From the NCBI GenBank assembly GCA_965242695.1, contig CBDESU010000001.1, forward strand, positions 288,001-352,000: a DNA stretch of 64,000 nt, written 5' to 3'. The notes below the pieces were generated by a model. The model saw nothing but the letters and a program-made list of their open reading frames with translations. It made no database searches and was not told where the DNA came from. This DNA comes from Cenarchaeum sp. (GTDB lineage Archaea; Thermoproteota; Nitrososphaeria; Nitrososphaerales; Nitrosopumilaceae). The translations under genes and the position numbers were made by a program. Of this stretch, positions 40,601 to 50,920 are shown piece by piece; within the stretch, counting starts at the first letter, position 1, and the number at the start of each line of letters is the position of its first letter.

Positions 40601-43353
40601 GGGACAGCAGGAGCGAGGGCGGGCTCGACGGATCCTGCAGCATGACGCGCTCGTCGAATGCGACCGTAACGTTGATCATCGTCCCGGCAGAGTACGAGCC
40701 GTTCCCAATGGGGGAGGACACGCCGGCGACCGACGCCGGCCAGAGCCTGACGAGCTGGACGGCGTCGTCGTTTTGCGCGGCGATTAGCGAGTACGCGCGG
40801 CCGCCCGCCTTGAACACGGCGAGGCCGTCGGCGCCATCGAGGGCGTCGAATCCGCCTGGATCCCCGTCCTTGGCCGATCCCTCGGCTACGGGCGTTCCGT
40901 CCGGGTTGATGCGCATCAGCTGGATGCCATCGTCGGCGGCCGACGGCGCAAGGGCGTACGTCCAGCCGCCCATCTCGAACACCGCGGCGTTTGTCGAGCC
41001 ACCAATCGAGTCGAACCCGCCGGTTCCATTGACGGCCGAGCCCGCATTGGAGAGGGTGCCGTCGGGGTGGATGCGGGCGATCTGGACGGCTTTGTCGCCG
41101 GACGCGGTCACTACGGCGTGGGTGAGGCCACCGACCTCGAACACGGTGGCGGCGCCGGCATTGCCAAGCGTGTCGAATTCAGGCGTGTCGTCCACCGCCG
41201 TGGCGTTGACCGAGAGGGTGCCGTCGGGGTGGATGCTGACGAGCTGGATGATGCTGACATGGCGATTGCTGCTGGCGCCGGGCGAGGCCGCGAGGGCCCT
41301 TGGCGGGCCGTCGGCGTCGGCGGCGTCGCCAGACTTGATCACATTGACGGCGGCTACCCCGGTCAGGTTGAACATGTCGACTCCGTCCGACGCCGAGCCG
41401 TTGCGTGACAGGGTGCCGTTCGGGAGGATGTGGACTAGCTGGAGGCCGTTGTCGCCGTTGGCGGCAACGAGGGCATAGGTGCGGTCGTACGCCTCAAACA
41501 CGGATATGCCGGCTGCCCCGCCCAGCTTGTCAAACCCGCCTCCGGGGGAGGTCGCCGAGCTGTTGAGCATGAGGGCGCCGCCGGATCCGATATCGTACAG
41601 AGAGATGCTGTTGCCGGCCGATACGATGGCGCGGGGCAGGCCGCCCATCTCGAACGTGGTGACGTCTTCGGGTAGGTGCAGCCTGACGGTGGATCCTGTC
41701 CTATCTATGCCGCCAGGCGAGAGCGTACCGTCGGGGTGGATGCGGATCGCCTGGACGCCGCCAGGGTGATCAGAGCCGGTCTTTTCGTTGCGCGCCGCCA
41801 CCACGGCGTACGCGCCGCCGCCGTCCGTTTCGATCACATCGACTTCGATGGCTCCGTCTAGGGCGTCAAATCCGCCGACGCCGTCGGCGGCCGTGCCGTT
41901 GGCCTTCAGGACTGGGATGGGCCCTCCCAGTATCCCGATCGAGTTTGAGGCGGAGAGCGATCCCCTCTCTCCCGGCACGGGCAGCGGCAGGGTGGTCATG
42001 GCGGCATTGTCTGATACCTTGGAGATCGACCCGCCCTCCAACGACAGGGCGCCAGTGCCCGCATAGTCCAGGCTGTGCGCCTCGTCGCCGGCCCGCACCG
42101 TGTACTGGAACTCTAGGTCGGCCGTCCCGTTTCCCCCCGCGTAGGAGGCGTACCGGGGCGGCTCGGTGTCGAGCATGAGGCGCGGCTCGGTGTCGAGCAC
42201 GGCCTCCTTGTTAAGGGACACCGTAATGTCGACGATGCGGCCCGTGCCGTACGTCGCATCCCCGCCCGGCGACGAGACCGACAGTACGAACAGTGCAGTG
42301 TTGTCTATCGGGATGGGGCCCGAGCGGCCGAGCGAGCCGGATGCGGACAGGCTCAGGTTGGCCGGGTTGCCCGCCATGTCCTCGACGCCGCCGCCGGATG
42401 CGGCCAGCGCCATCGTGCCGTTGTACCTCACGTCCGCCGCGCTGTCCTCGCCCCGCACCTCGTACGCGAACGTGAGCGACTTTGTGTTGTTTCCCCCTGC
42501 ATAGGTGGCGTTGCGGAACTCTTCGCCGCCCAGGCTCAGCAGCAGCGCAGGCGCGGCGCCCGAGTGCACCACTACGGTCTCGTTGAAGTTGGCCCTGAAC
42601 TCGAGGCTGTCGCCCTCGCGGGCGTAGCCCCTGTCCGGCGGCGCGACGGTGATGTTTGCGACGCGCGGCGCGACGCCGTCGACGCGTATGTCGCTCTGGT
42701 TGGAGAGCGAGCCGGCCTCTCCCATGACAGGGAGTAGGCAGTTTATGCTATTGCCGGGGCCAGCTTCGAGCACGTTGAACGTATACTTCGGACCCGTACC
42801 TGATGAGGCATGGTGGGAGATCGACCAGTACAGCGCGTACCTTGAATGGTATTCCAGGTCGTCGGACTCGTCGCCTTCCTGCACCGTGTACGTGTATGCG
42901 ATTGTCGTGCCGAAGGCCGCGCTGCTGGCGTGCTCGCCAAACCGATCCTCGTCGCCCGTCTCCATCTTGATGCGGGTATGCGTCACTGTGTGAGCCTGGT
43001 GGGAGTCCCCGTTGAGAGAGGGGATCGTGACGATGATGCCTATGGTGTCGTTGATCCCGTACAGGCCGTCGTCCGAGGTAAATCTGATCGACGATAAGGC
43101 GGGGGTGCCCGTGGTATCGGCGCACGCGGCCACGTCTGCCTCCGGAGCCGTGGGGTTCGCGTAGGCGGCGGGCGGCGCATCGGCTGCGGCCAGTGCGAGC
43201 GCGGCTGCGGCCAGTGCGAGCGCAGCAGCTGCGGCCGGGCGCCGGCCCCTGCTACTGGACTTTGCGCGGGGATGGCGCTCCGCCCCCCCCCCCTCTCAAG
43301 GCATGCCGTATCGATCGCCCCTGCGATGCCCCTGCAACCCGCACGTTCTGCAT
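37635..43353 (-). CDS. Giant surface adhesin-like protein: about 8 Ig-like ~130-aa repeats, a beta-propeller-like block and a conserved C-terminal module; N-terminus frameshifted at a G11 tract
   Basis: Repeats of V.SVSS...YG.G..I.ITV.F.E.V...L.F.Y.V..GD...LDY...DAAGN.A. The signal peptide AAAAALALAAAALALAAADAPPAAYA is in frame upstream of GTG 43133 but joins ATG 43353 only if one G is removed from 43283-43293. Confidence 0.8.
38745..38830. repeat. 24-bp tandem repeat encoding a GAGSNGGG linker (about 3 copies)
   Basis: CCGTTGGATCCAGCGCCGCCGCCT repeated. Confidence 0.85.
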
Positions 43354-43692
43354 CTCTCCGATCGCCCGCAACTCGCAAGCGTCCGTATAAAAGAATGGCG
43401 GCGCGGGCGCGGGCGCGGGTGAGGTGCCGGCCGGACAGTCGCCGGGCGCAGGGCGCACGGGCCTGGCGCCGCATCGATGCGCCGCTGATCGGGGCGGCGG
43501 CTGCCTAGGCGCCGCGGCGCATGCGCGATCGGCCCGCCTCCGAGCCGAGTCGCGCCGTGGATGCCCCTGCATGCGGCGCGGGAGTGTGGTGGGCCGGCCC
43601 GTTCGCCCTGCGCGGCTGCGCGATCGCCCACAGGACGGCGCAGCGCGGGCGCAGGACGCGCCGCGCCCAGGCCCTGGCCTTGACAGCCCTTC

Positions 43693-46275
43693 TCACGCCC
43701 TTCCCTTTTCCCCTTTGGCCCCGCCGACCTCGGCCCCGTCAGCCGGCCACGGGCGGCAGAGCGACTCGATGACCTGCGCCGGCGTGAGAAGGCGCAGCGC
43801 CTGCCCACGGCCCGGAGGCCTGCCGGCGCGGCCCGCGGCCGCCTCTAGCGCAGGCGGGTCGGCTATCGATATACGGTACGACCCGTGGCCGACTCCTGCG
43901 CCGGCGAGCGTCTCGCCCACAACGGACGCGTCCCTCTCGCCAAACGCGACAAACCATACGGACATGCCGGCAGCGGCGCCCTTTTCGTAGTTGGCGATCA
44001 CCTGGTCGCGGTGCTTTGACGGCGATGCCTCTACCTCGACGGCGAGCACGTCGTCGGACCACGCGTCGGGATCGGCGGGCCGGCCGCCGGGCATTGCCAT
44101 TTTTGGCGGCTCGTACGGGGGCGGAGGGGGCTCGCGGCCGCCGCCCGCCCTGGCGGATTCGGCCCCGCCCTCCCCGGCACCCTCCGCCGCGGCCGGCTCG
44201 GCCGCAGCGGCCGCCGCGGCCGCGCGCAGCGGCGCCGCCTTTCGCCTCCCGGCCAGCCGGGCCGCGGCCTCTGTTGCGCGGCGCACGGCGGCCCTGCGGG
44301 CAGCGGCCTCGCGCGCAGTCGATGCGCCTGCCGCCGGCCGAAACGAGTGCACTACAATGTCCGGCCGCGTGCGCGCCGAGTCGCCGAGGTCCGGGACGGC
44401 ATAGTGGTGGTGCGCCCTCATCGCCGCGCATATCGACGAGATGGCGGCCCTATGCAGCCCGCCGCCGGCCCCGCGGCCAGAGAATGCGGACGAGTACAGC
44501 GACCTTACCGCCAGCGCAGTCTCGCTGTACATCTGTACCGTGCTGTCGAGCCTAGAGCCTACCGCGTATTCCGTCCGCGCGGATGCGTACCGCTCGTGGC
44601 CGGCAAGCGAGTCGGCAAGGGCCGATGCGGCGGCCCGCTCGTCCGTGCGGGCAAACGCAGAGCAGGCGGCCGCCGCAAGCGACGGGCCGGCGACCTCGCG
44701 CCCGCCTGCGGCATGCAGGACGCTGAGCAGAAAGTACTGGAGGGGCGGGAGGCGCGGCGAGGCCGCCGCGGCCGCGCCGGCGGCCGCCCTGCCGGCCCCG
44801 CGGGCGGCGCCGAACGAGCCGGCGGCCCGCAGCGGCGCCGGCATTCCGTGCGCCTCTAGGCTGAGGCGCGCCGTCTCCCTCCACCTTGATGCCACCTCCA
44901 GGTGGCGCGTCATCCCTACTCCGGACACCTGCCGCGAGCCGTGCGAGTAGGCGGCGAACCTGTGGCGGCCGAGCCTGCCGAGCTCGGCCTCGCCGAGCGG
45001 CATGCTCCTTGCAAGGACGGAGGCGGTCCGGCGGTCGCACCGGAACATCGCGATGCACCGGAACAGGTCGTCGAGCTCGCCGGCGAGGCTGCCCCCGAGC
45101 ACCCCGACGGACTGCGTCGCCACGGTCGCCTTCATGCCGTACTTGCGCACGCCGTTGAGCAGGTCGCGCACCACGTCGGGCGCGAACATGTGCACCTCGT
45201 CGATGTACACGTTGAACGGCGTGCGGCGGGCCTCGCCGAGGTCGAACCGTATGCGGTTCTCTAGCCCGAACATGCCGATGATCAGGGTCCCCATGAACTC
45301 TACGATGTCTGGCGTCGATGCCGACCCGAGGTCGACGACGACGAACCTGCCGCGCTCGATGCACTCGCGTATGCTGACCGACGACCTGGCAGACGAGAAC
45401 ATGGCCGCCACGGGCGGCGTGCTTATGATCTTGTCGAACTTGTTGTACACGGCGCCGGCCGCCTCGGAGGAGAACCTCGGGTACACGGACGCCCAAAAGT
45501 CGCGCACGGACGGGTCGGAGCACGAGCGGAGCGCCTCGGCGCGCCGCTCCTCGTCGTACAGGACGGAGACGAGGTCCAGGAAGCGGAACTCGCCTGGCGT
45601 CGACATGACGAGGCCCATCAGGTTGCGCAGTATGGCCTCTAGGCGGTGGCCCCAGCCGCTCGCAAAGTACTGCCTGAGGCTCGATACGGCGCCGGCCGCG
45701 CGTATGTACCGCTCGTGCTCGGTGCGGCTCTCGAGGGGGTTTATGCAGACCGTACGGCCGAACTGGTACATCGAGGCGAGCGATATGTACACGACGCGCC
45801 CGCGCATCGACGGCGGCACGAGCGAGAGGACCTCGCGCGCAAAGTCGCGGTGCGGGTCGACGAGCAAAAACCCCGTCCCGCGCGCAATGTCCTGCATTAT
45901 GAGGAGGCGCATGATCGACGTCTTGCCGGACCCGACCTCGCCGAACACGGCGATGTTCTGGCGGTCGCTCTCGGGTATGGCGAACAGCTCGGGGCGCCCC
46001 TCCGTTCCGCCGCCGGGAGCCTCTACGTAGCCGAGCGCCGTCGTCTCGCGGCTTGTGCGCGATGCGTCGAATGCGGGCGCGGCATCGGGGGGTGCGGGCC
46101 GCGGCCCGTCGTTTTCCGCGGCGGGCCGTCCCCGGGGCGGGGCGGCCGGGCCGCGGCCGGGGCCGCTCCCGGCCGGGCGGCGCCGAATGGCGGGCAGAAG
46201 GGCCCAGCCCGCGCCGCAGGCGGCGCCCGCGGCCGCCGCCGCGGCAAGAATACCGGCGGCATCGAGCGGCAGCAT
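43693..46275 (-). CDS. VirD4/TraG-like coupling ATPase with C-terminal wHTH-like and PD-(D/E)xK-like extension
   Basis: N-terminal TM, Walker A GEVGSGKTS, LVDPHRD, INPLE, FVVVDL, Walker B VYIDEVH, RKYG..ATQ. C-terminal GGLHRAAI...RPDIVV...AVEVEAS. Confidence 0.8.
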   Translation of the reverse strand: MLPLDAAGILAAAAAAGAACGAGWALLPAIRRRPAGSGPGRGPAAPPRGRPAAENDGPRPAPPDAAPAFDASRTSRETTALGYVEAPGGGTEGRPELFAIPESDRQNIAVFGEVGSGKTSIMRLLIMQDIARGTGFLLVDPHRDFAREVLSLVPPSMRGRVVYISLASMYQFGRTVCINPLESRTEHERYIRAAGAVSSLRQYFASGWGHRLEAILRNLMGLVMSTPGEFRFLDLVSVLYDEERRAEALRSCSDPSVRDFWASVYPRFSSEAAGAVYNKFDKIISTPPVAAMFSSARSSVSIRECIERGRFVVVDLGSASTPDIVEFMGTLIIGMFGLENRIRFDLGEARRTPFNVYIDEVHMFAPDVVRDLLNGVRKYGMKATVATQSVGVLGGSLAGELDDLFRCIAMFRCDRRTASVLARSMPLGEAELGRLGRHRFAAYSHGSRQVSGVGMTRHLEVASRWRETARLSLEAHGMPAPLRAAGSFGAARGAGRAAAGAAAAASPRLPPLQYFLLSVLHAAGGREVAGPSLAAAACSAFARTDERAAASALADSLAGHERYASARTEYAVGSRLDSTVQMYSETALAVRSLYSSAFSGRGAGGGLHRAAISSICAAMRAHHHYAVPDLGDSARTRPDIVVHSFRPAAGASTAREAAARRAAVRRATEAAARLAGRRKAAPLRAAAAAAAAEPAAAEGAGEGGAESARAGGGREPPPPPYEPPKMAMPGGRPADPDAWSDDVLAVEVEASPSKHRDQVIANYEKGAAAGMSVWFVAFGERDASVVGETLAGAGVGHGSYRISIADPPALEAAAGRAGRPPGRGQALRLLTPAQVIESLCRPWPADGAEVGGAKGEKGRA

Positions 46276-46284
46276 CCGGATCCC

Positions 46285-46773
46285 CTACGGGAGCGCCTCG
46301 ATCGCGAGGAGCTGCGCGTCGAACCTGGCAAGGCGGCGGTATGCATCGTCCGTAATGCAGATCTGCTCGCGGCCGCGCTTGGCGGCCAGGCCGCGCGCGA
46401 CAAGGCATGCCGCGGCCGAGCGCATGCGGGACGGCGACCTGCCGGCAAGGAGCGGCAGGAGGGCCGAGTACGAGACGGGCACGTCGATCGGCAGGGGCCG
46501 GGCATCGGGGGCGCTCGCGGCCGCGGCGGCGGCCCGCTCGATCCGCCTGCGGAATGTATACAGGAACGAGAGGATGCGCATCTCGAGGACGGGCACGCCG
46601 AGCATGGCGGCCATGTACGCGGCCTCGCCGCGCCCGCTCAGGCGGCACTCCTCGTGCAGCATGCCGCGCCGGCGCAGCGCGGCCTTTTCGCGCGCGGACA
46701 GGTCCCCGCCGGCGCGGAGCCTTGCAGATGCGGCGTACCACGCCGAGCGGCGCAGCGTCCTGCGCGCCGTCAC
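46285..46773 (-). CDS. Hypothetical winged-helix-like protein
   Basis: GTG overlaps the upstream TGA. EMRILSFLY...SRMRSAAACLVARGLA..ICIT is a wHTH-like pattern. Confidence 0.5.
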   Translation of the reverse strand: MTARRTLRRSAWYAASARLRAGGDLSAREKAALRRRGMLHEECRLSGRGEAAYMAAMLGVPVLEMRILSFLYTFRRRIERAAAAAASAPDARPLPIDVPVSYSALLPLLAGRSPSRMRSAAACLVARGLAAKRGREQICITDDAYRRLARFDAQLLAIEALP

Positions 46774-47681
46774 TGCCCCCACTCCGCCGTACGCTCGAAC
46801 GGGGCGGCAGGATCGGCCGCGTCCGTGCGCGCGTTCGTAAACGTGCGGCCCGCGCCGGGCTGCGCCTGGAGCCCAAACATCGACGGCGGCAGGGCCAGGA
46901 CGGACGCCATCTCGGCCGGCGAGAGGACGGGGGCGGTCCCGCGCCCGACAAGGCGCGGCAGGCGGGCCGGCGGCTCGGCAAGCCCGGTGCTGCGGATGAG
47001 GGGGCCGCCCCTGTTCCCGCCCCCGGTTCGCAGGCGGCGCCGGCGGCACGGCACGAGCGAGTTTGGGCCCGATCCCGCATGCGCAAAGTTGATCGACGAT
47101 GCGAGCCGGCCCATGCCTCCGGGGCACGAGGCGAATATGCGGCACAAAAAGAACGGGCCGCCTGCCAGCTTTGCCGCGGCCAGGCGGTCCAGGACGGCTG
47201 CGGCGCCGGCCCTCTCGGCCCCGCGCCCGCCGGGGCCGCCGCTGCGCCGCCGCAGCGAGGCGGCCCTGCGGGCTAGCGCGCCCCGCCTGCCGGCCACTAC
47301 AGAGTCGGGCACGCGCCTGCCGGCCAGTCCGGCGACAAAGTCCGGCAGCTCGGCAGAGTGCGCGTACAGGAGGCACGGCTCGGGCGCGGTGCACAGCGGC
47401 ACGGCGCAGCTCTCGCGGAGGCGAAACTCGACCACCTCCGGACCGGCTCCGCCCGCAGACGGGGCCGCAGGCGGGCCGCCGTCCGCCGGCGAGACGTCCA
47501 CGTCGGGCAGCGACCGGATGTGGTGCGCCTCGTGCGGGGCGACGCCGAGGTGCAGCGAGACCGACCTGCCCGCCTTTGCCAGCACGATGCCGAACCGCGA
47601 GACGGCCGACGCGAGGGCCACCGTGCGGGCCGCATCCGCATCCTCGAACGCCGCCGCCGGGCGCGCCTCGAACCACGCCAT
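46770..47681 (-). CDS. Hypothetical protein resembling the region preceding the ATPase domain of long coupling proteins
   Basis: KLAGGPFFLCRIF...NSLVP...LSPAEMASVLALP pattern. Operonic with the coupling protein. Confidence 0.5.
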   Translation of the reverse strand: MAWFEARPAAAFEDADAARTVALASAVSRFGIVLAKAGRSVSLHLGVAPHEAHHIRSLPDVDVSPADGGPPAAPSAGGAGPEVVEFRLRESCAVPLCTAPEPCLLYAHSAELPDFVAGLAGRRVPDSVVAGRRGALARRAASLRRRSGGPGGRGAERAGAAAVLDRLAAAKLAGGPFFLCRIFASCPGGMGRLASSINFAHAGSGPNSLVPCRRRRLRTGGGNRGGPLIRSTGLAEPPARLPRLVGRGTAPVLSPAEMASVLALPPSMFGLQAQPGAGRTFTNARTDAADPAAPFERTAEWGQ

Positions 47682-47843
47682 CACGGCCCGACCACCGCCA
47701 GCAGGGCCGCCGAGGCGGCGCACGAGTGGGCCAGGACTGGGACGGACGGCGAGATGCGCCCGGCGTACCGGCTGCCGGGGCCCAAGAGGGGGCCGCCCCG
47801 CGGGCCCCGCCACGCGGCGGGGATGCCGTCGCTACCGCCGTCG

Positions 47844-48503
47844 CTACCGCCGCCAATTCCGCTCGCGCCGCCCGTCCGCCGCCGCGGAACCGCCCCCCGC
47901 CGGTGCGGGCCGCGGCGCATACGCCCACCTGTCGCGGGCCGAGCGGCGCTTGGACGATACGAACGCGGCCGCCGCGCCGAGCCAGCCGCCTCCCCCTCCT
48001 GCCGCCGCGCCGCCCCCTGCACTGCCGCCTCCCGGCCCGCCGCGGCCTCGGCGGCCGATGCGGCCGCAAGAGTTCGACACGGCGCAGACTGCGACCGCGT
48101 GCACGCACGACGAGGCTACTGCGGCAAGGATTGACAGGACGGCAAGGTGCAGGCCCGCCGGGATCAGGACGGCAAACAGCGAGGAGAGTATGGCCCAGTC
48201 GGCCGTCCCGTACAGGCCGGCGAGCCGCAGCAGGCCGAGCATTGCGGCCGCCACGCCGGCCAGCATCGCCGGCGGCGCGATCTGGCCCATGTCGCCGCCG
48301 GCGCCGTACGCGGCGGCAAGGTGGGCTGCCGCCATCGCCGCCATTGCCAGCGTCAGGGCGTTGAGGGCCGAGCGCCAGCGCACCTCCTGGTACGAGGCGG
48401 CGCCGAGGGCGGCAAAGAACGCGCCGATCAGGACGGGATGGGCCGCCGCCCCTGCCGCCACGCCGGCCGCCGCAGCGGCGGCCGCCGCATCAGGGACGGT
48501 CAT
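47844..48503 (-). CDS. Prepilin peptidase (A24/PibD-FlaK)-like membrane protein
   Basis: AASYQEVRWRSALN (first catalytic Asp position is Glu) and GLYGTADW (GxxD), with multiple TMs. The 3' end is uncertain. Confidence 0.55.
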   Translation of the reverse strand: MTVPDAAAAAAAAGVAAGAAAHPVLIGAFFAALGAASYQEVRWRSALNALTLAMAAMAAAHLAAAYGAGGDMGQIAPPAMLAGVAAAMLGLLRLAGLYGTADWAILSSLFAVLIPAGLHLAVLSILAAVASSCVHAVAVCAVSNSCGRIGRRGRGGPGGGSAGGGAAAGGGGGWLGAAAAFVSSKRRSARDRWAYAPRPAPAGGGSAAADGRRERNWRR

Positions 48504-48868
48504 GCCTGTATCCTCCTCTTGCGGCCGCGCCCCGCCGGGCGCCGGCCGCGGTCGGCGGCGTACAGGACGACAAACGGGCCGTCCATTCCGCGCCGGCAGA
48601 GGTCGTCGGCCTTTTTGCGCAGCGCCTCGGCGCCGCCGGCCCTGACCACGCGCAGCGACGAGTCGTCGTCGAGGCGAAGGTAGTCGCGCTGGGCGCTTGG
48701 CAGCGCGTGTATGACCTCGGCCGGCTGGCGGCCTGCGCCGCCCCCGCCCCTGCCGCCGGGGCCCGGCTCTGGCGAGACGACGTAGCATCCGTCCCTGTCC
48801 TCGACGACCTCGCGCACGCCGCCCCTCAGGACGCAGTACCGCTTTTCGCATCCCGGGCAGCGGAACAT
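48500..48868 (-). CDS. Small Zn-ribbon-like hypothetical protein
   Basis: MFRCPGCEKRYC. Overlaps or abuts neighbours in the operon. Confidence 0.55.
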   Translation of the reverse strand: MFRCPGCEKRYCVLRGGVREVVEDRDGCYVVSPEPGPGGRGGGGAGRQPAEVIHALPSAQRDYLRLDDDSSLRVVRAGGAEALRKKADDLCRRGMDGPFVVLYAADRGRRPAGRGRKRRIQA

Positions 48869-48870
48869 GC

Positions 48871-49812
48871 TCAGGCGGGCCGCGCGGGACTCGGTCGCGG
48901 CGTCGGCGGCGGGGAGGCGCCGGCCGGGGAGGCGCCGGCCGGGGAGGCGGCGGCGCCGCCATCCTGCGCGCCGCCCCTGCCCTTCCCGCCGCCGCCGCTC
49001 CCTGCGCCGGCCGCGTCGGGCCGAAGGGTCGGCGGCAGGCGGGCGGCCCCCGCTTCTGTCGGCGCGCCGCCCTGCCCGGCATCCATCCCCGCGCTCTGGA
49101 GCAGGAGGCGGATCACGTCGGCACTGGGCCACGCAAAATGGCGCTGCCTGACGGCCTCGCACAGGCGCGCCGTCATGTCGGCAACGGCCACCTGCGACTC
49201 CTCGTCGAGGCGCGATACCGATATCAGGAACGGCAGGGGCGGGGCCTGCCGGACGCCGCACGCGTACACGCGGCGGACCATGTCCGAGAGGGCTGCGCGC
49301 GGGCGCTCGCCAAAGCCGAGCGAGACGGCCCGCTCCAGGTAGGGGCCAAGGTGCGCCCCGCCTACTCCGCCCTTCCCGTTGCCGCCCCGCAGGCGCCCGA
49401 CCGCCTCGGCGGCCGCGAACGGATCGATCGTGCCGTGCAGCGACGAGCGCGTCAGGTGCTCGCGCAGCGCAGCCTCGCCCCCGCCGCCTCCCACGCCCCT
49501 GCCGCCGCCTTCGACGATCCGTATCCCGACCCGCTCGGCCCCTGACTCCCGCGCCGCGTAGAGCACCTCGAGGTTGTCTACGGCCACAAGGCCGCGGCGG
49601 CCCCTGCCGCCGGCCGCGGCGGCGCGATCCTCCACGACGCACACAAAGTGCGAGCCGTTCGCGCCGCCCCTGCCGCCGCGCCGCAGCCTGCCCGCGACGA
49701 ACCCGACCGCATCGTCGTGGGGCACGGCCACCGTAATGCGGGGGTCGGACACGTCCGAGACGGGGGCCGTGCCGCCGCCGGCCGCGCCGGCCGCGCCGGA
49801 ATGCGGCGTCAT
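48871..49812 (-). CDS. Divergent ParB/Srx-like protein
   Basis: LVAVDNLEVLYAARESGAERVGIRIV...EHLTRSSLHGTIDPFAAAEAVGRL mirrors the ParB N-domain, with the GxxR motif degenerate. Confidence 0.5.
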   Translation of the reverse strand: MTPHSGAAGAAGGGTAPVSDVSDPRITVAVPHDDAVGFVAGRLRRGGRGGANGSHFVCVVEDRAAAAGGRGRRGLVAVDNLEVLYAARESGAERVGIRIVEGGGRGVGGGGGEAALREHLTRSSLHGTIDPFAAAEAVGRLRGGNGKGGVGGAHLGPYLERAVSLGFGERPRAALSDMVRRVYACGVRQAPPLPFLISVSRLDEESQVAVADMTARLCEAVRQRHFAWPSADVIRLLLQSAGMDAGQGGAPTEAGAARLPPTLRPDAAGAGSGGGGKGRGGAQDGGAAASPAGASPAGASPPPTPRPSPARPA

Positions 49813-50654
49813 GCGGCCACCGCCGCCGCCGCCGGCGCCGCGGCCCCTGCCCCGGCTCCGATCAGCTCAAACCGCCTTGCAATCTCGACGGCAATAGCGA
49901 GGGGCGCGCCCGAGTCGCACAGGCGCAGGGCCGACCTGCGGAGCGGCTCGGATGCGATCCTCCTGAGGCGGGACGCGGCCTCGGCCTCGGCGCCGGGCGG
50001 AGGCCGGTGCGCGCTGGCGCCGCGGCCCTCCCCGTCCCCCGCGCCGCCGTCCTCCCCGCCGGCGCGCACACGGCCGTCCCCGAGGCACTCGCCTATGCCG
50101 CCGGCCTCCACGAGGACGGCCTCTACGGCAAAGACTGCCCTGCGCGGGCGAAACGTCCGCCTGACCGCAAACGCGGCGCGGACGGCGCCGGACATGTCGG
50201 CCTCGGACGCGCCGATGCCGTACTCGGCGCACGTGCGGTATATGGCAAAGTATGCCACGCAGGGGCGGCGCAGGGCCGCGCCGGCGGCGCGCCTGCCGCG
50301 CACCATACGGGCGATGTGGGCGGCCCTGCGGCAGCACGCCGGCGGCAGCGACAGCAGGCCGCACGCGCGCTGGAGCATCGCATCGAACGGGTCGCGCGCG
50401 CCCTCTAGCATGCGCCGGTGCCGCCTCGAGCGCAGCACCGACGGGGGCGATATGTCGCGCGTGCCGACGGCGTCCTCGTTGTCGACGCGCACCCTGGCGG
50501 CGAGCAGCCCGCTCTCCGCCCGCCCGCCCTGCGCGGCGCCGTCGTCGGGCAGGCGCTCCTCGTGGACCGTCCCGCACGACGAGCACACCCGCTCGTGGCC
50601 GTCGACTAGCATGCGGGGGCGCAGGCAGCACGGCGGCCTGCCGGACGGGGTCAT
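49809..50654 (-). CDS. Divergent transcription factor B (TFB/TFIIB)-like protein
   Basis: N-terminal Zn ribbon CC...ERVCSSCGTVHEE, then a cyclin-like repeat LQRACGLLSLP...AAHI...CVAYFAIYRTC. Confidence 0.65.
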   Translation of the reverse strand: MTPSGRPPCCLRPRMLVDGHERVCSSCGTVHEERLPDDGAAQGGRAESGLLAARVRVDNEDAVGTRDISPPSVLRSRRHRRMLEGARDPFDAMLQRACGLLSLPPACCRRAAHIARMVRGRRAAGAALRRPCVAYFAIYRTCAEYGIGASEADMSGAVRAAFAVRRTFRPRRAVFAVEAVLVEAGGIGECLGDGRVRAGGEDGGAGDGEGRGASAHRPPPGAEAEAASRLRRIASEPLRRSALRLCDSGAPLAIAVEIARRFELIGAGAGAAAPAAAAVAA

Positions 50655-50920
50655 GCGCCGGCTGCGCCTCCACCGGGGCTGCCGGCCGCGGCGCCGCCGG
50701 CCCGGCCGCGGCCATACCTGGGCCCGATGCGCAGGAGCGCCCCGCAGCACGGGCAGGCCCTCGACGAGGTCTCGAAGAACATGTCGCACCTGCGGCAGCG
50801 CCTGAGGCCGCGCCCGTACGGGTCGCTGTTGAGCGGCTCCCTCGTGCCGGACAGCTCGCAGAGGGCCTTGCAGACGTTCAAGGGCGCCGCGCCCCCTGTG
50901 CCGCGCCCGTCACGACGCAT
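50651..50920 (-). CDS. Small Cys-rich Zn-finger protein of a type common in Nitrososphaerota
   Basis: CKALC...YGRGLRRCRRCDMFF...CPCCGALLRIGPR. Confidence 0.7.
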   Translation of the reverse strand: MRRDGRGTGGAAPLNVCKALCELSGTREPLNSDPYGRGLRRCRRCDMFFETSSRACPCCGALLRIGPRYGRGRAGGAAAGSPGGGAAGA

